A stretch of DNA of 63,381 nucleotides, the filler included, from Reticulomyxa filosa (Eukaryota > Protista > Foraminifera): the NCBI GenBank assembly GCA_000512085.1. It is 11 parts of 11 records of this genome, joined end to end, with 100 filler letters (N's around TTAATTAATTAA, not from the genome) between each part and the next. Parts side by side here need not be neighbours in the genome. Positions count along the whole stretch, not along the records: positions 1 to 19,054 come from ASPP01000760.1; 10 more parts are not named here. One strand, written 5' to 3'. Of this stretch, positions 1 to 12,900 are shown piece after piece. The translations under genes and the position numbers were made by a program. The notes below the pieces were generated by a model. It was not told the DNA's origin. It was given only the letters and a program-made list of their open reading frames with translations, and did no database searches. How positions within the stretch are numbered: the stretch's first letter is position 1; each line of letters opens with the position of its first letter.

Positions 1-1930
1 GGATGGCAAATATTCAACAGCATATATCTCGTTTGTATGTCCTTTGAAGATATGAATTTGTTTTCCTGTTCGAACATCCCACAGTCGAACTGTCTTGTCA
101 CTCGATCCAGAGCATATCACATTGCCGCCAGCAATACTTGTTTCATTTCTTGAATATTTTACATTTATTACGCAATTTTCATGTCCGTTGAAAACAATCA
201 ATTGTTTGGTGTTTTCGATATCCCACAAACGAATGGTTTTATCATACGATCCAGAGCAAATGGTATATCCAGCACCACCAATCACACCGATTTTATTAGT
301 ATCTTTACTATTACTTTGCAATGGTGAAAATTCAACACAGTAAATAGTATTTGAATGTCCTTAAAAACATGCAATGATTTCGATGTCTCAATATCCCATA
401 AACAAATGGTACTATCAGATGATCCAGAACACAAATATTTTCCACCAGTGAATGGTGAAAATTGAACGGTGAAAATACAATCACTGTGTCCTTTGAAGGT
501 CTGATATTCTTTTGCTGTTTTGATGTCCCAAAAACGGATTGTTTTGTCATATGATGCTGAACAAATGGTAGAGCGATTATGATTACGATGATATGGAGAG
601 AATTTTGCACTACGAACAGCACCTGAATGTCCATTAAAGATCTGGATTTGTTTGTCAGTATCCAAATCCCATATACGAACAGTGTTATCATGCGATCCAG
701 AGCAAAGAAATCGACCACCATCAAGTGAAGAGTATTGAAGATTACATATAAGGCTGGAGTGTCCACTAAAAATTTTGAGTAGTTTAGAAGAGCGAAGCAA
801 GTCAAAAGTGTAAGTGGAAGAGTGTTTGGAGTTGTAAGACAGAATATTATCATTTTCTTTTTGTTCATCTTTGTTGGACAGTTTTTGAATATCTTGGATG
901 AGTTTCTCATTCCTTTCTTCCAAAAGTTTAACTAATTTATCATAATGGGATAATAGCTGTTTTTCCTTTTCATTGAAATCTTTTTTGATAATTTCAATGT
1001 CAGCACGTAGTTTGAGTAATTCTTGTTGATATTCTCTTTGTATTTTTTTAATTTCATTTTCTTTTTCTGACAATTCTTTTTGTTTCAATTCCATTGTCTC
1101 ATTTATTTTGCCATTAATTGTATTGTTTCTTTCTTCAATGATGTATTTTCATTAACCAATATTTTATTTTCCTCATTCTTCATTTCATTGGATTCTACTT
1201 GTAATTTTAATTGTGTTATCTCATCCTATTTTATTTTTATTATTACTATTTGTAATTGCCTTTGTTTGCTTTTAAAAAAATGATTAACTTGATGAAGTTG
1301 GATTGTTTGTTTTAATGAATCAACAAATTTGACAACCAAATCAAAGTGTAATTTTAAATTTGAGACCAAATGTTGTTGTAATTTTTGTTTTGGACATGCA
1401 TGGACACATCCAAATGGTTTGTACCAACAATCGAATAATTTCAAAGAACAGGAATTATCCAGATGATCATTTAATTCTTTGACTTTTCCTTTAAAATCAC
1501 ATGTTACTTTTCCATTTCCTTCCTCTTCTTCTAGTTGTTGTCCTTGAGTGGTCGTCTGTGAATCTTGTTGAAATTGTCGTGGACATATAACTTGTAAATC
1601 ACCAATATGTAGTTGAGCCACTCGGCTTGGAGAATACAAACAACCATTATGAGGCTGAACAGGACAAGAATTAGAATTAATACTTAAGAATTGCTTTAAA
1701 CAATTCGCCCCAACAATAAGCGATTCATTCGAGTCTTGATGTTGTGAACAGCTTATTTCAATAGGATTTCTGGCAACTTGTTTGCAAATCAAACAAATAA
1801 AATGATTAATTTGCTCTTTCTGGTTCAATTGTAAAACCCACTCTTTACTGAAACAAGAAGTCTCTAAGTTTTCTGGAGACGCTCCAGTTTTTCTTTCTTT
1901 TGAAGTTTTTTCGTCTACTGTGCTGCTCAT
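1..1930 (-). CDS. Degenerate RING/TRAF-type zinc finger - coiled coil - WD40 repeat protein (3' end runs off the window)
   Basis: ORF 1226..1930 has CLIC...C..H...C...CP and TRAF-like CDFKGK...HLDNSC...CWYKPFGC...H motifs. Intron 1226-1288 (GT..AG) is followed by a coiled coil and GH...WD repeats (GHSSLIC...SGSHDNTVRIWD, GHSGAVR...FWD). Continuity needs single-A frameshifts at ~1114 and ~361. Confidence 0.85.
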
Positions 1931-2357
1931 TGTTCTAATGATTGCACAAAGATTATTGATTGTGTAAAGTTTTTTCTTTGAGTTTTTTTTTATGAACGAG
2001 GGAGAGCAACAACGAATTTGTGAACGAAATTAGAACAAGAATTGTGTGAGAAAATGGAGAATTTTATTTGTATACAAAAAATTAATTGTTTGAATAGTCT
2101 TTATTCACTTAGTATAAAGTTGAATGCAATAGAAAACAAACAGTTAGAAATCGCAATGGAAAATACTATTTTCAAAAGGACGATGAAAATATTGTATCAT
2201 AATCCAAGCATATTACTATCAATTTCCACAAAAAACTCTCGTTTTGTTATTTTATGGCAACAAAATGGACTTATTGAACAATTTTCATGTGAGAATTTGT
2301 AAATAATAAAATATGTTTATTTTCTTTTTGTGTTTGTTATATTTTCACATTCTTCTT

Positions 2358-2900
2358 TTATTGATAGAAAAACGATATTATCCCCAAAATGAAACGACCA
2401 TCTTTTGAACTATAACACAAATTAATATCACAATTACAATTACTTTTGTTGTCCTTTTTTAATTGTAGGAATTTAAGACAATACTCAATTATCTTTTTTT
2501 TATCTCCTTTGATCACATTCAATTCATTCTTATTTGATCGAATATCCTCATTTAATCCATATTCTATACTACTCATATCATTATGTCCATTGGAAACATA
2601 CAACGACTTGAGTGTTTCAACATCCAATAAACAAATTGTTTTGTCAAATGATCCAGAACATAAACATCTAACATCATTAACGATGACAACTCAATGCTAA
2701 ATAAAAGTAATAGTATTGGTATGATTGGTGGTAATGGATATACAATTTGTTCTGTATCAGATGATGAATTAAACAATTGATTGATTTTAAGATAAAGTGC
2801 AGTGAATATTGTAAAATATAGATCAAATGAATTAGAGATGGTGCAAATTCAATATTATCTGGTCTGAAGATTGAAGTGTTCGATAGACACGCGATTATGT
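2358..2900 (-). pseudogene. Degenerate WD40 gene remnant, paralogous to the 3' part of the 1..1930 gene
   Basis: Fragments IGMIGGNGYTICSVSDD, CLCSGSFDKTICLLDVETLK and NLCYSSKDG are spread over several frames with deletions and stops. Confidence 0.65.
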
Positions 2901-3995
2901 TGTAGGGCAAGTCCCTATTATACAATCTCAAATACTAATGGAACGGTGGGACCCCCGGTAGGTTAAAACCCTCTTCACAACTCACTTTTGTGTTTTCTTT
3001 ACTTGTTTTCTTTTCTTGTGTTGAAATTATTTTTGTTAATTTAATTTCCTTTTACTGAAGTTGCTTTTTGGAACTAAGTTCCTTTCGTGTTACACTTAGT
3101 CGCTAACTGTTCCTACAATGTGTACACTATTGAATATTCAATTTTTGTTCATTTTCCGTCAATAACTCTAAAAAACCAATGAAAACGTAAATCTGTAGTT
3201 GATGAACTATAAGTGGCTAAAAAACTCCAATTTTATATTATGAGATTGAGTTAATAAGCATGCTGTTGTAAATGGAAAATAAAAGATATTTAATTGTGGC
3301 TCTTCATCGAAAAATTAACCTTCTACATATTTAAAAATAATTCTATTAAAATAATCACTTCGTCCTAATTTTATCTTTAAAGTTTGAATCCAATGTCGAA
3401 TAGTGCATTTTATTTCATTTTTTGACTGTTCAATATTATTTATCAGCGTGCCTTACAACAATGAACCAGCTTGGAGCCACGTATTGATTTGCTCTTTTGG
3501 AAAGGCTAGAATCTTCCTCCATGATTTAGTCTAAAACCTTTTAAAGCGTGCAGTGCTGGATCATGAGTGAGAGGTCGGATGCTAATACAATCAGCAAACA
3601 AATATATTGCATTAAAGTGGTTTGATGACCAGAAAGGTGTAACATTTCGACCGTTTTAAGAACATCTTTGTTACAATAGTTTCAACGGAACACTTACTTT
3701 GTACTTGTATCGTTTGCCAAGTTCATATTACTTAATGATTTTTAGCTATTTTGTTTCATCAAGATCATAATAAATGAAAAATTATATCCTAAATATTTAC
3801 CTTTTTATTACATAAGCGAGAAACGTAAAAAAACTGCAGTATGACTATAAATTTGTTTTTTAAAACTTATCATTTTTATACTTATCGCTTCTTTTTCAAG
3901 TATAAACATTTATATATTACATTAAGGAAATAATTAACAAGTTAAACAATCTCTGTTTTTTGTCCAAAGAAACAAACGTAAAGTGAAAATATATA

Positions 3996-6900
3996 TCAAT
4001 TACATGAGCTGCGTTTAAACAACTCATAGAGATAGGCATAGCCAGTAGCGCAGTAATCCCAAGTGAGTAATTCTTTCGGAAAAAATTCCAACTCATTGTC
4101 AAAAAACATGATATTGTCTAACCAATTACTGAAGGGTTCTTTTTTGTTCAAGTCTCTTATATTTTGTCCCTCGCTTTGCACAACCTCTCTCCAGGCATCT
4201 AAAATTTGCTTTACTATTCCCAAAGGTGTCTTTTTTATCATTTCTTGCAGTTGTTGTTTTAATGAATCTGTTAAAGGTTCTCTGTACATGTCCAACACAA
4301 AATTGTTAATTGTACTTCTATCGACAAACTCCAACAGCACAGCATCGTGTAAAAGTCGCCATAAGTTGCACATATGTCTGCACAGTATGAAACCCTTTTG
4401 TTGCCCTTCCAAATTCACCAAAAATAGTTTGCAACTTTTCTCATCGAACAACATTTGTTTAAGTAACTCCACAAATTGCTTGTCTCTATGCAAAAAAAAA
4501 AAAAATTGTCAAAATATTAAGAAATACAGACCATTGTTTATTTGCGACTTAACAAATCAATAGTCTTGATATTTTGGGAAACAAAGACAATGACTTCATT
4601 TACGATTTCCAATGCCCTTTGCATTTCACTTTGAGATTTCAACGAAGAAAGAAAAGTCTTCAATAATGGCTGGTCCATTGACTCTTTTTTTTAACTCTGT
4701 ATTGTGTTCTTCGACAATGGCTACACAATTTTTGATATTTAATTGATTGGAAAACTGAAAAAAAGGAATATCAATTTCTAAGAATTGACGATTTTTAATA
4801 AATCGATAAGTAATCTCATTTTCAATAGCACTCAAATCCAAAATATTGTTTCGATTTTGATTAATGGCTCCGCATTCCAATGAGGGAAGACTCCATTGTC
4901 GAATAATTTCAGTCACCTGCGCTTTGTCCAAAAATACGACATCATTTCTGTGAATGTCGAACAGAGGCTTATTCTTGCCCATAACTTTTTGTACTTGATT
5001 GGAATCTTCATACTTCTCTTCATTGTTTGCATGCATTTTAGACTCTATCATTACACCTTCTAAAAATGCATTGTGTGCATCTTGTAACAATTGAATGATC
5101 TTCACAATAATCAATCCGTTTTCATTGTTTTGTGCAGTGGAAAACTCTAAACTAATTGAATTATCATCACACAATGCTGGAATAACGAATGACTTGCAGT
5201 CATTTTTTACCTTTTGGTTTGCCAATGCGTTCCAACATGTTTTGAAGCCACTCCATAATTGTCGGTAGGACTCCACTTCACTTTTATATCCTTTTTGTTC
5301 CCACTCTTCAATAGTCTGAGTAATGGTTTTGCCTTGGCACTCTCGCTGTGAAATTTGTCGGGAAAAGTGGAAATATACATGTTTCATCCATTGTCCAATA
5401 ACAGGCAAATATTTTACACTCCAAAGTTCATCCTTGGCACACATCACATGATACAGTAATGGATACTCACTTTCCAATGAAGGCTCAGCCATAAATCTGT
5501 GAGCTAAATCATCAAATGATATTTTATGGATAGTTAAAAACAAATGTGGGACATATTGTTCGCGATAGAATGAATCAAATTCTTTTTTTTCCTCGATTTC
5601 AGAGATCATCGCTTTCAAATCTTCCTCTTCATCTACAATAAGTTTGCTGCGATTGTTCAATTCACAGAATTGTGTGGTTTGCTCAAAAAATCCACGATAC
5701 CGGCTTTCAAACTTTTTTTCAAATTCATACGTGGTGGTAAGGTCTGTTCCATTTAATCCATTTGGATACCACTGATTGAATGTTTGTGGTAAGTTACTCA
5801 ATAATTGATGCAATGCCACAGATAAAAGCTCATCATTTAACTGAGTGATCTTTCCTAACAATCGAAAATAGCCAATTGCCTGTCTCTTCAAAAACTCAGT
5901 CACTTCTGTTGCATCCGTTTTTTGTAACAATTTTTGGAGCTCCTTGCACCCTTCTGAAATGGCTGCATTTCTGATCAACAATGCCAAATGAATCAACAAG
6001 CGTATCAATGTGCAAGATACTTCAGTGATTCGTCGAATTTGCGTAGCACCCTCGTACCTCCAAAACGAATCACCCACTGACAATTCTTCGTCTGATCCAT
6101 CCAAAATATATCCTTTAGGTATTTCTAGTTGCTTCAGTCCTGTGTCCTGACTTCTGTGAGTCTTATCACCAATTTCTCTGCCACATCCATCAACTGTACA
6201 AATTACCCTTTCTATTGGATGACCACAATTGTTGATGATGAATGGATGCATATTTGGACAATAGCGAATCGTGAAGGTGCCTCCATCTTTTCCTCCTTTC
6301 AGTGCGCGAGTTATATTCATCAGCAAATTTTCTGGCATGGATGGAAGATGACCATTCACATACTCTCCAGGATTTAAAATCAACATTCGAAATGGGTTTT
6401 CTATTTTTAAAGAAGGGTATTTTAGGGAAAAATAAAATTTAATGCACAAACTGTCTCAAAAAAAAAAAAAAAAAAAAGAAGTTGTAACTGGTCATAATTT
6501 GGAGTGCACCCAGAAAATGGAAACACAGCCTTGGAATATAGGCATCAGAAGCGTCACTGTCGTAATTCAGTCTTAAACTGGAGGCAGTTGGAGGGAGTTG
6601 TTCACTTAACAATACCTTGGCAAAGTTTTTTTCAATTTCAAAGTTTAGAACATTACATTGTAATAAATAGTCTACTGCCTCTATTTTTTGTTACAATTTT
6701 GGCAAAAGGTATATTAACTTGGACAGAAAAAACTCAATCTACAACAGAGGCACTTAACTTTTAAAATTTTCATTGAAGACAATGCCGTAGAGATTGGATA
6801 ATGACAGAGTTGCACCTAGCAATGGAATGAAATCATTTTTATCTCCATTGTACTGCATATCCATGTCATTTAGTTTATTCCTCTCAAACATTTGTTCCTA

Positions 6901-9900
6901 AAGTCAATATACTTATCTCCGTAAATGCCAATAAAAGGATCTGTACAGGGAAGATCAGATGGGCGATATTTGAATACAGAAAACACATCGCTCATTTGTG
7001 GATCAACAAAGATTGGATATCTTGCACGGATCTCTGCATTTGTGAAAAACATTTGTGTCCAATCCATGCCCTTGGCAATACAAAATTGCTTCAGGAACCA
7101 GATATGCAAACTATGCTGATAACATTTATTGAATTGGTCAAAATATATCAACAATTGAGATGTTTGATGCATTACCGCATTTAGCTTTTGATTATCCTTC
7201 ATCTCTGATATCTTAAGTGTTTTAGTAATGGACAAAATGGAGTTGATACATTGGAACAACTTTGTCTTCACATTTGAGATATTGGCAATGCTTTGATTGG
7301 GTCCATTATATTCAACATTTGGCGTATTTATATAAATACGCTCCAATACACGATTTAACAGAGTTGCTTTATACGTGTCCAATCCAAATGTATCATCGTT
7401 CCATTGATTCAGAACCAATTCCTCAAGGATTTGCAAACGGATCTTATCGGTTGCATGTTGAACACTTTGAGTCAATTCACTTGCATTGTGAAAGATATCG
7501 GTTATCACAGAGTGATAGACTCTCTTTTTATTTGGAGTGTCAAGTTCTTCAATGTTTTGTACTGTTGTTAATACATCTCGAACGAAATGTGGACGTTTGT
7601 CCAAAGCGAGATTTCCTCCTTTGAGCATACACTTTAAAATATCTGGTATCGTGTTTTTGTCATTCAACCATCCATTCTCTGATAACGACATTACACTAGA
7701 CAATGCTGTATTCAGCTTCTCTTGGCTAATCATTTGCCTTCCAAAATGTTTCGCTCCCAGGATTTGCATTTGCACTTGCCGGCACATGGCCAATATCGCA
7801 TTATATTCTTTGCAATTATCATACCAATCTTTTGCAAATTGTATAATTGTTGGAATTACACTTTCGACTGCCTCCAAACTTCTGATAATGTCACTCCATT
7901 CATTTTCTAATAACGCACATAAAAAGAAGGTAAGATTCTGATAAAGTTTTGCAGAGAAAAACAGAAAAAAACAAAAACAAGAAATGCAAAGGCAAACCAG
8001 ATGAAAATGAAATAAAATGTTTCAACAGCAAGCGAATGGAGCTACTCAGTCTTGTACTCTCATTCTCATTGTTCAATAATGTATGCAATTCCAAAACGAT
8101 GCCACTGCCATCTTGGCAAAGTTTCAAAAGTTTCACGTACGTTGCAAAAATATCAGGCAAAAAATGTAAGATGGACTCAATCATTGCAATGGATGCCTCC
8201 GAATTGAGAATGTAAATCATTGCAAACATAACCTTTGCAACGATTTCAGCCTTGTGCTGTTTCAAATTGTATTTGGCCGCAATGATATCCACAAAATACA
8301 TTCGACAATGTTCAGCATTACACATATTCAAATATTTTAATGCATTTTCACCGTCCATCATCACCTTTAGCAAATTGGAACTTTGAAGTACTTTACGATG
8401 GCTTTCTAATCTAATCTTATTTCCATTTTCGTTGTCATTGCCATTTCCATGTTGATTCTCGTATTCGTATTTATTTTCATTTTCACGTTCATTTTCTTTT
8501 ACGTCTTCATTTTCGTGGACAATTAAGTTCGATTTTTGAGCTAGAAGTTGGGTAACAGCACCGGCCAACTTGGAGTGACACCAGTTGTGCAATACGTGGC
8601 TCCATGGGAACATGGCCTCATATTGGATACTAACAGCACGTAAATCCGGCTCAATGCTCACTAATCTCTGCATTACATTTGTTAAGCAAGGGATTGTTAC
8701 CATTGAAGTATCTTGCATAACTTCCACAAACAATCGTGACAAATGCTCACAATTTTTTTCAACTGCATTAAAAAATATCTTTTTTTTTTGTACATATTAT
8801 TACGTGGTGATTTACGTAGCTTTGATTATGTATTTAATTATATCAAAAAAAAAAAAAAAAAAAAAATTTAACTTGGAAATAACAATTTTCATAAAACACT
8901 GACAAAATATTCATACAACCTATAGTCAGTAATCTGTCAATGATATTTTCATATCTTTCTAAAAAGCAACAACCCAATGATAAGACGTCTACATTACTAG
9001 GATTTTTGACTTGTATATTATTTAAAATACACGCAATTGATTTAGACACTACACCTTCTTTAAATAACTGTTTCAACCTCGACACGATTCCTTTTCGACA
9101 TTTCTCTGTCGCAATTGATTCTTTAAATAAAGTCGATAGCTGCTGTATAGCATTACCTCCATTCTTATTGACAGGGAATTGGAGCCGTGCAAATGCGCGT
9201 CGAATCGAATTGTGCAACCGACTATTTGATACATCCTTTCCAAGCACGTCGCACATGGTTTGTGAAAGTAGAGTCTTCAATTGTGCTGGCTCCGTTGAAC
9301 TTAAGCTATCAACATATGTGAATTTCCATTTTCTTGAGAAAATCAATGGAAAAGGATTCTTGAAAATTGGTGGTTTGATATGCACAAGCAAAACAGCCGA
9401 TCTTTGCCTCACTTCTTTTTCTTTTTCTTCTTTTTTGTCACAATAGTATTGATAATGTGCATGTTCTAACGTATGCTTAATGTGCATGAAATGACTGAAA
9501 TTTTTGGAGCCATGCACGTACTGCAGAATCAATAGGTCTTGAGTTGTATTATCCGAGCTGAAGAAGTGATTAATGGTCTGTTCAAAGTCACTCGACTTTT
9601 TGAATGATGCAATTTTCTTTGCTGCACCATTCCATTGATCTGGTAAATTGCACTCAAAGTCACCAGTGAGTATCAATGCCATTTGTTTGTTTGGTTCCAT
9701 TTGTTGCAGTTCGATAACTCTTCCAAAATAAGGGAATTCTTTTTGTGCAGCTTTTTCATACTCAAATTTTGCTCCTTGATCAATTGCAATTTCGAGAATG
9801 ATTTCTGGATTGCATAAAGGTTTAAATAAAGTTACAACTGCATTTTCAATTGCCTCATCAAATTCTGGTTTTTCTAATATTTCTAAATTAACAACATTAA

Positions 9901-12900
9901 ACCATTTTTGCTCTTCCTTTTTTTTTTCTGCTAAAATGTTGAACAATGCCGAAGGTATGGTGTCATTATCAAATCCACAAAACAGTTTTGCCAATTGTTT
10001 TGGAGCCACTCCGAACATTTGAGTTAATCTATCTTCTATTTTTGATATCCATGGCTCCGTTTCAGAGGGTAATGAAGTGCGATAGGATATCAACTGCTTT
10101 TCAAAACGGTTTAAAAATGCAATTGGCATTTCGGGTGCATACGCCGTATCTTTGTTAACAATTACTATGCACTTGAATTGATCCTTCACAAAACAATCCC
10201 TACTCTCACTTCCCAGAGCCACTCGACAATACATTTTTCCTATTTATTTATTTGCCTTTTTTTTTTTTTTTTTTGTTGTTGACGGTTTTTACATAAAAAT
10301 ATATCAAATTTTTAAAAATAATTTTACCAGAGGGCTTTTTTTGGTATCTCTGGTTAAGCATATCATATAAGCTTTCATAAATCGAATCCAATTTATATAA
10401 AATGACTCTTTTCCCAGTGTCCATACAATTAATGACTTTATTTAAATGTTCGTAATCCGAAATACTTGAAGTTTGATCATGTGCAAACTCACTTTTAAAT
10501 AAAAATACATCGTCATTTTTTAAAATTCCATTTTCTAACAAAACTTGCCAAGAATGCTCTAATTCACTGATCACCATACAATGACGACTGATAATATAAT
10601 TGTCTCCAAGCAGTTTTGAATTATTCGTTCGAGTATCCAAAAGATTTCGTTGAACGCAATTCATTGGCGTGAATTTACTCATTTTTTGGTAAACTACTTC
10701 TTTACTAAATCCCAACACGCTCTGAAAAATATCTCCTAAATTTTGGAGTTGGTCCTCTCTTGGAATGCCTCCAAAGTTTCTCATAAACCCTTCAAATGAT
10801 ACATTATAAGAAGGACTTTGGAGTTGGTATCGGATTAAAGAATAGAAATCACGGGCTCCAAAAAATCTTTTTTGTTCATTGATTTAAATGCTTGTGTATT
10901 GATTACTCGCTCATATACTTTGATGGCATTTTCAATTTCCTTTTCTAACCATCCGTTTATCAATTCACCTTGATATGAATTCACATTTTTTTGGTAGTGT
11001 TTCAGCATTTCCAAAGCGGTATTTTTTAACTCTTCTGTCGTCATCGGTGGGATTTGATGCATGATCACTCGATTCATTTTAGCAGCATCCAAAGGCCAAT
11101 TGGAAATTCCAACAAAAGATATCTTTGGATTTTCCAAAAGCTGATGCAATACTTTTAAAGGAGAATGCTTTGAATGTTCTGCCAATCCAATTTCGTCGAG
11201 CAACAATATAGGCTTGATTTGACTGTTCTCACTGTGACGCATTGTCTGATCCCATCGCTCTTTGATTCCTTGCGGTTTGCTATTACGAGTGCATTGGAAT
11301 GCAACGGTATGAATTGGCTTTACAGCAAATGGCAGACTATTCTTCTTTAATCTTTTTTCAAACTCCATTTTATCTTGATGCAGATTGTTACGAACAATTT
11401 GGAAAGATAGAGTCTTTGAGGTGCCTGGTTTGCCTACCAAAACAATTGGAGTGGTAGTCATAATCGACATAAATAAAATGAACAAGTTTTCTTTTAATCC
11501 TTGATTTAATGCAACTCCTGGAGGGATTGCAAATGATTTGCACAACTTGTCCACTTCTTGCTCCAAGAGTTTGGAAAATACAATATCCGCGGAGGACAAC
11601 TTTTCACTCAATTTTTGTCTTTTCTCACTATTTAATCGAAAGTAATAACATAATCCAATGGCAATGTTCAAACCTCGATCAATCCAAGGACTCTCTTTTT
11701 CATTATTCAACTCATCGCAATGCTGTTTCATTAACCACTCAAATATTTTCAAACATCTTGACACATCTCGCAATGAGACAATGATTTTATCTTTCAAACA
11801 TGTGCGTAAAAAATTTTGAGTGATTGTAATCTTTTCCAAAATTTTACTTTTCAATTTTTCAAAATCTTCATGCAATTCATCAGAAATCTCACTTTGCACT
11901 TGATTTGTCATTTCTGCAATATATTGTTGCTCATCCGAATCTGACAGTCTTCCAAATGACCATACGTACTCCTTCATGGTCTCACACAATGGATACACGC
12001 GATATACGTATTTGCTCAGTTCGTCATTTACTAACTGTCCATCATCTTCCCCATCACTCAATTTGCGTTGTCGATATGGATTGCACGCGGCAATGATTTT
12101 AATACCCTCTGGTATTTTCACTCCGTCCAATGTATGATTGCACACCAATTCATTCAGCCAACCAATATCTGGGGAAGTGTTGATTTCATCTAAAAATATC
12201 CATTGTTCTCGATCTCTCTCATTCTTTTTCTCATCGCTCTCCCATTTGTCCACACATCTTTTGACAATGTTTCGAAGATCCTCTCTTCCAAATCCACCGT
12301 GTACATCGACGGCTTGCAAGGAAATATCGGCTACTTTGGCTAGACATTTGATCAATGATGTCTTTCCACAACCTGTTTCTCCCATTAAAATAATCGGAGT
12401 ATTGGATCGTATCCTCAAATATATTGCAATCATTTTCAATATATTGTCATAAGTTAATACATAATGTCGAAACTCCCCGTCCTTCCTATTTTCGATTATC
12501 ATTTCTGGCTCTTTTTTTTCATCTGACATGAACTCCATTCCCCATAACTCCATTTTAATCTTTGTCTTTAGTGTTTCTTTTGTGCCAACAATGCGAAACA
12601 ATAGCTCTGTTCTTTTGTGTTTTTCTTCAATTTCTGCAGACATTTTTGGCATATTGTCTTTCTTTGTTAACTTAATTTTTGTAAAATGTGTATGTATACG
12701 TATGTATGTGCACAGCCTCTATTTCTCACATGTATATAATTTTATTGAAGAAAAGACCTTCCATTCGGTTGGGATTGAATCGTTTCGGGCTTTCATTTCT
12801 TCATTCCAGTTCAGGAGTGTAAAACCCAGATCGTGAAAGATTCGCAAAAAATGTCGAGATGCCAATTTTGTGTCGTTGATCAATGTTGAAATGGTACCTT

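Noticed and set aside
10835-12652. AAA ORF as midasin, dynein heavy chain or a prokaryotic MoxR/McrB ATPase
   Set aside because: RNF213-specific motifs (DEIGLAE..PLKVLH, GISNW.LD.AKMNR, RNFGG), the RZ finger and spliceosomal introns fit RNF213-like proteins better.
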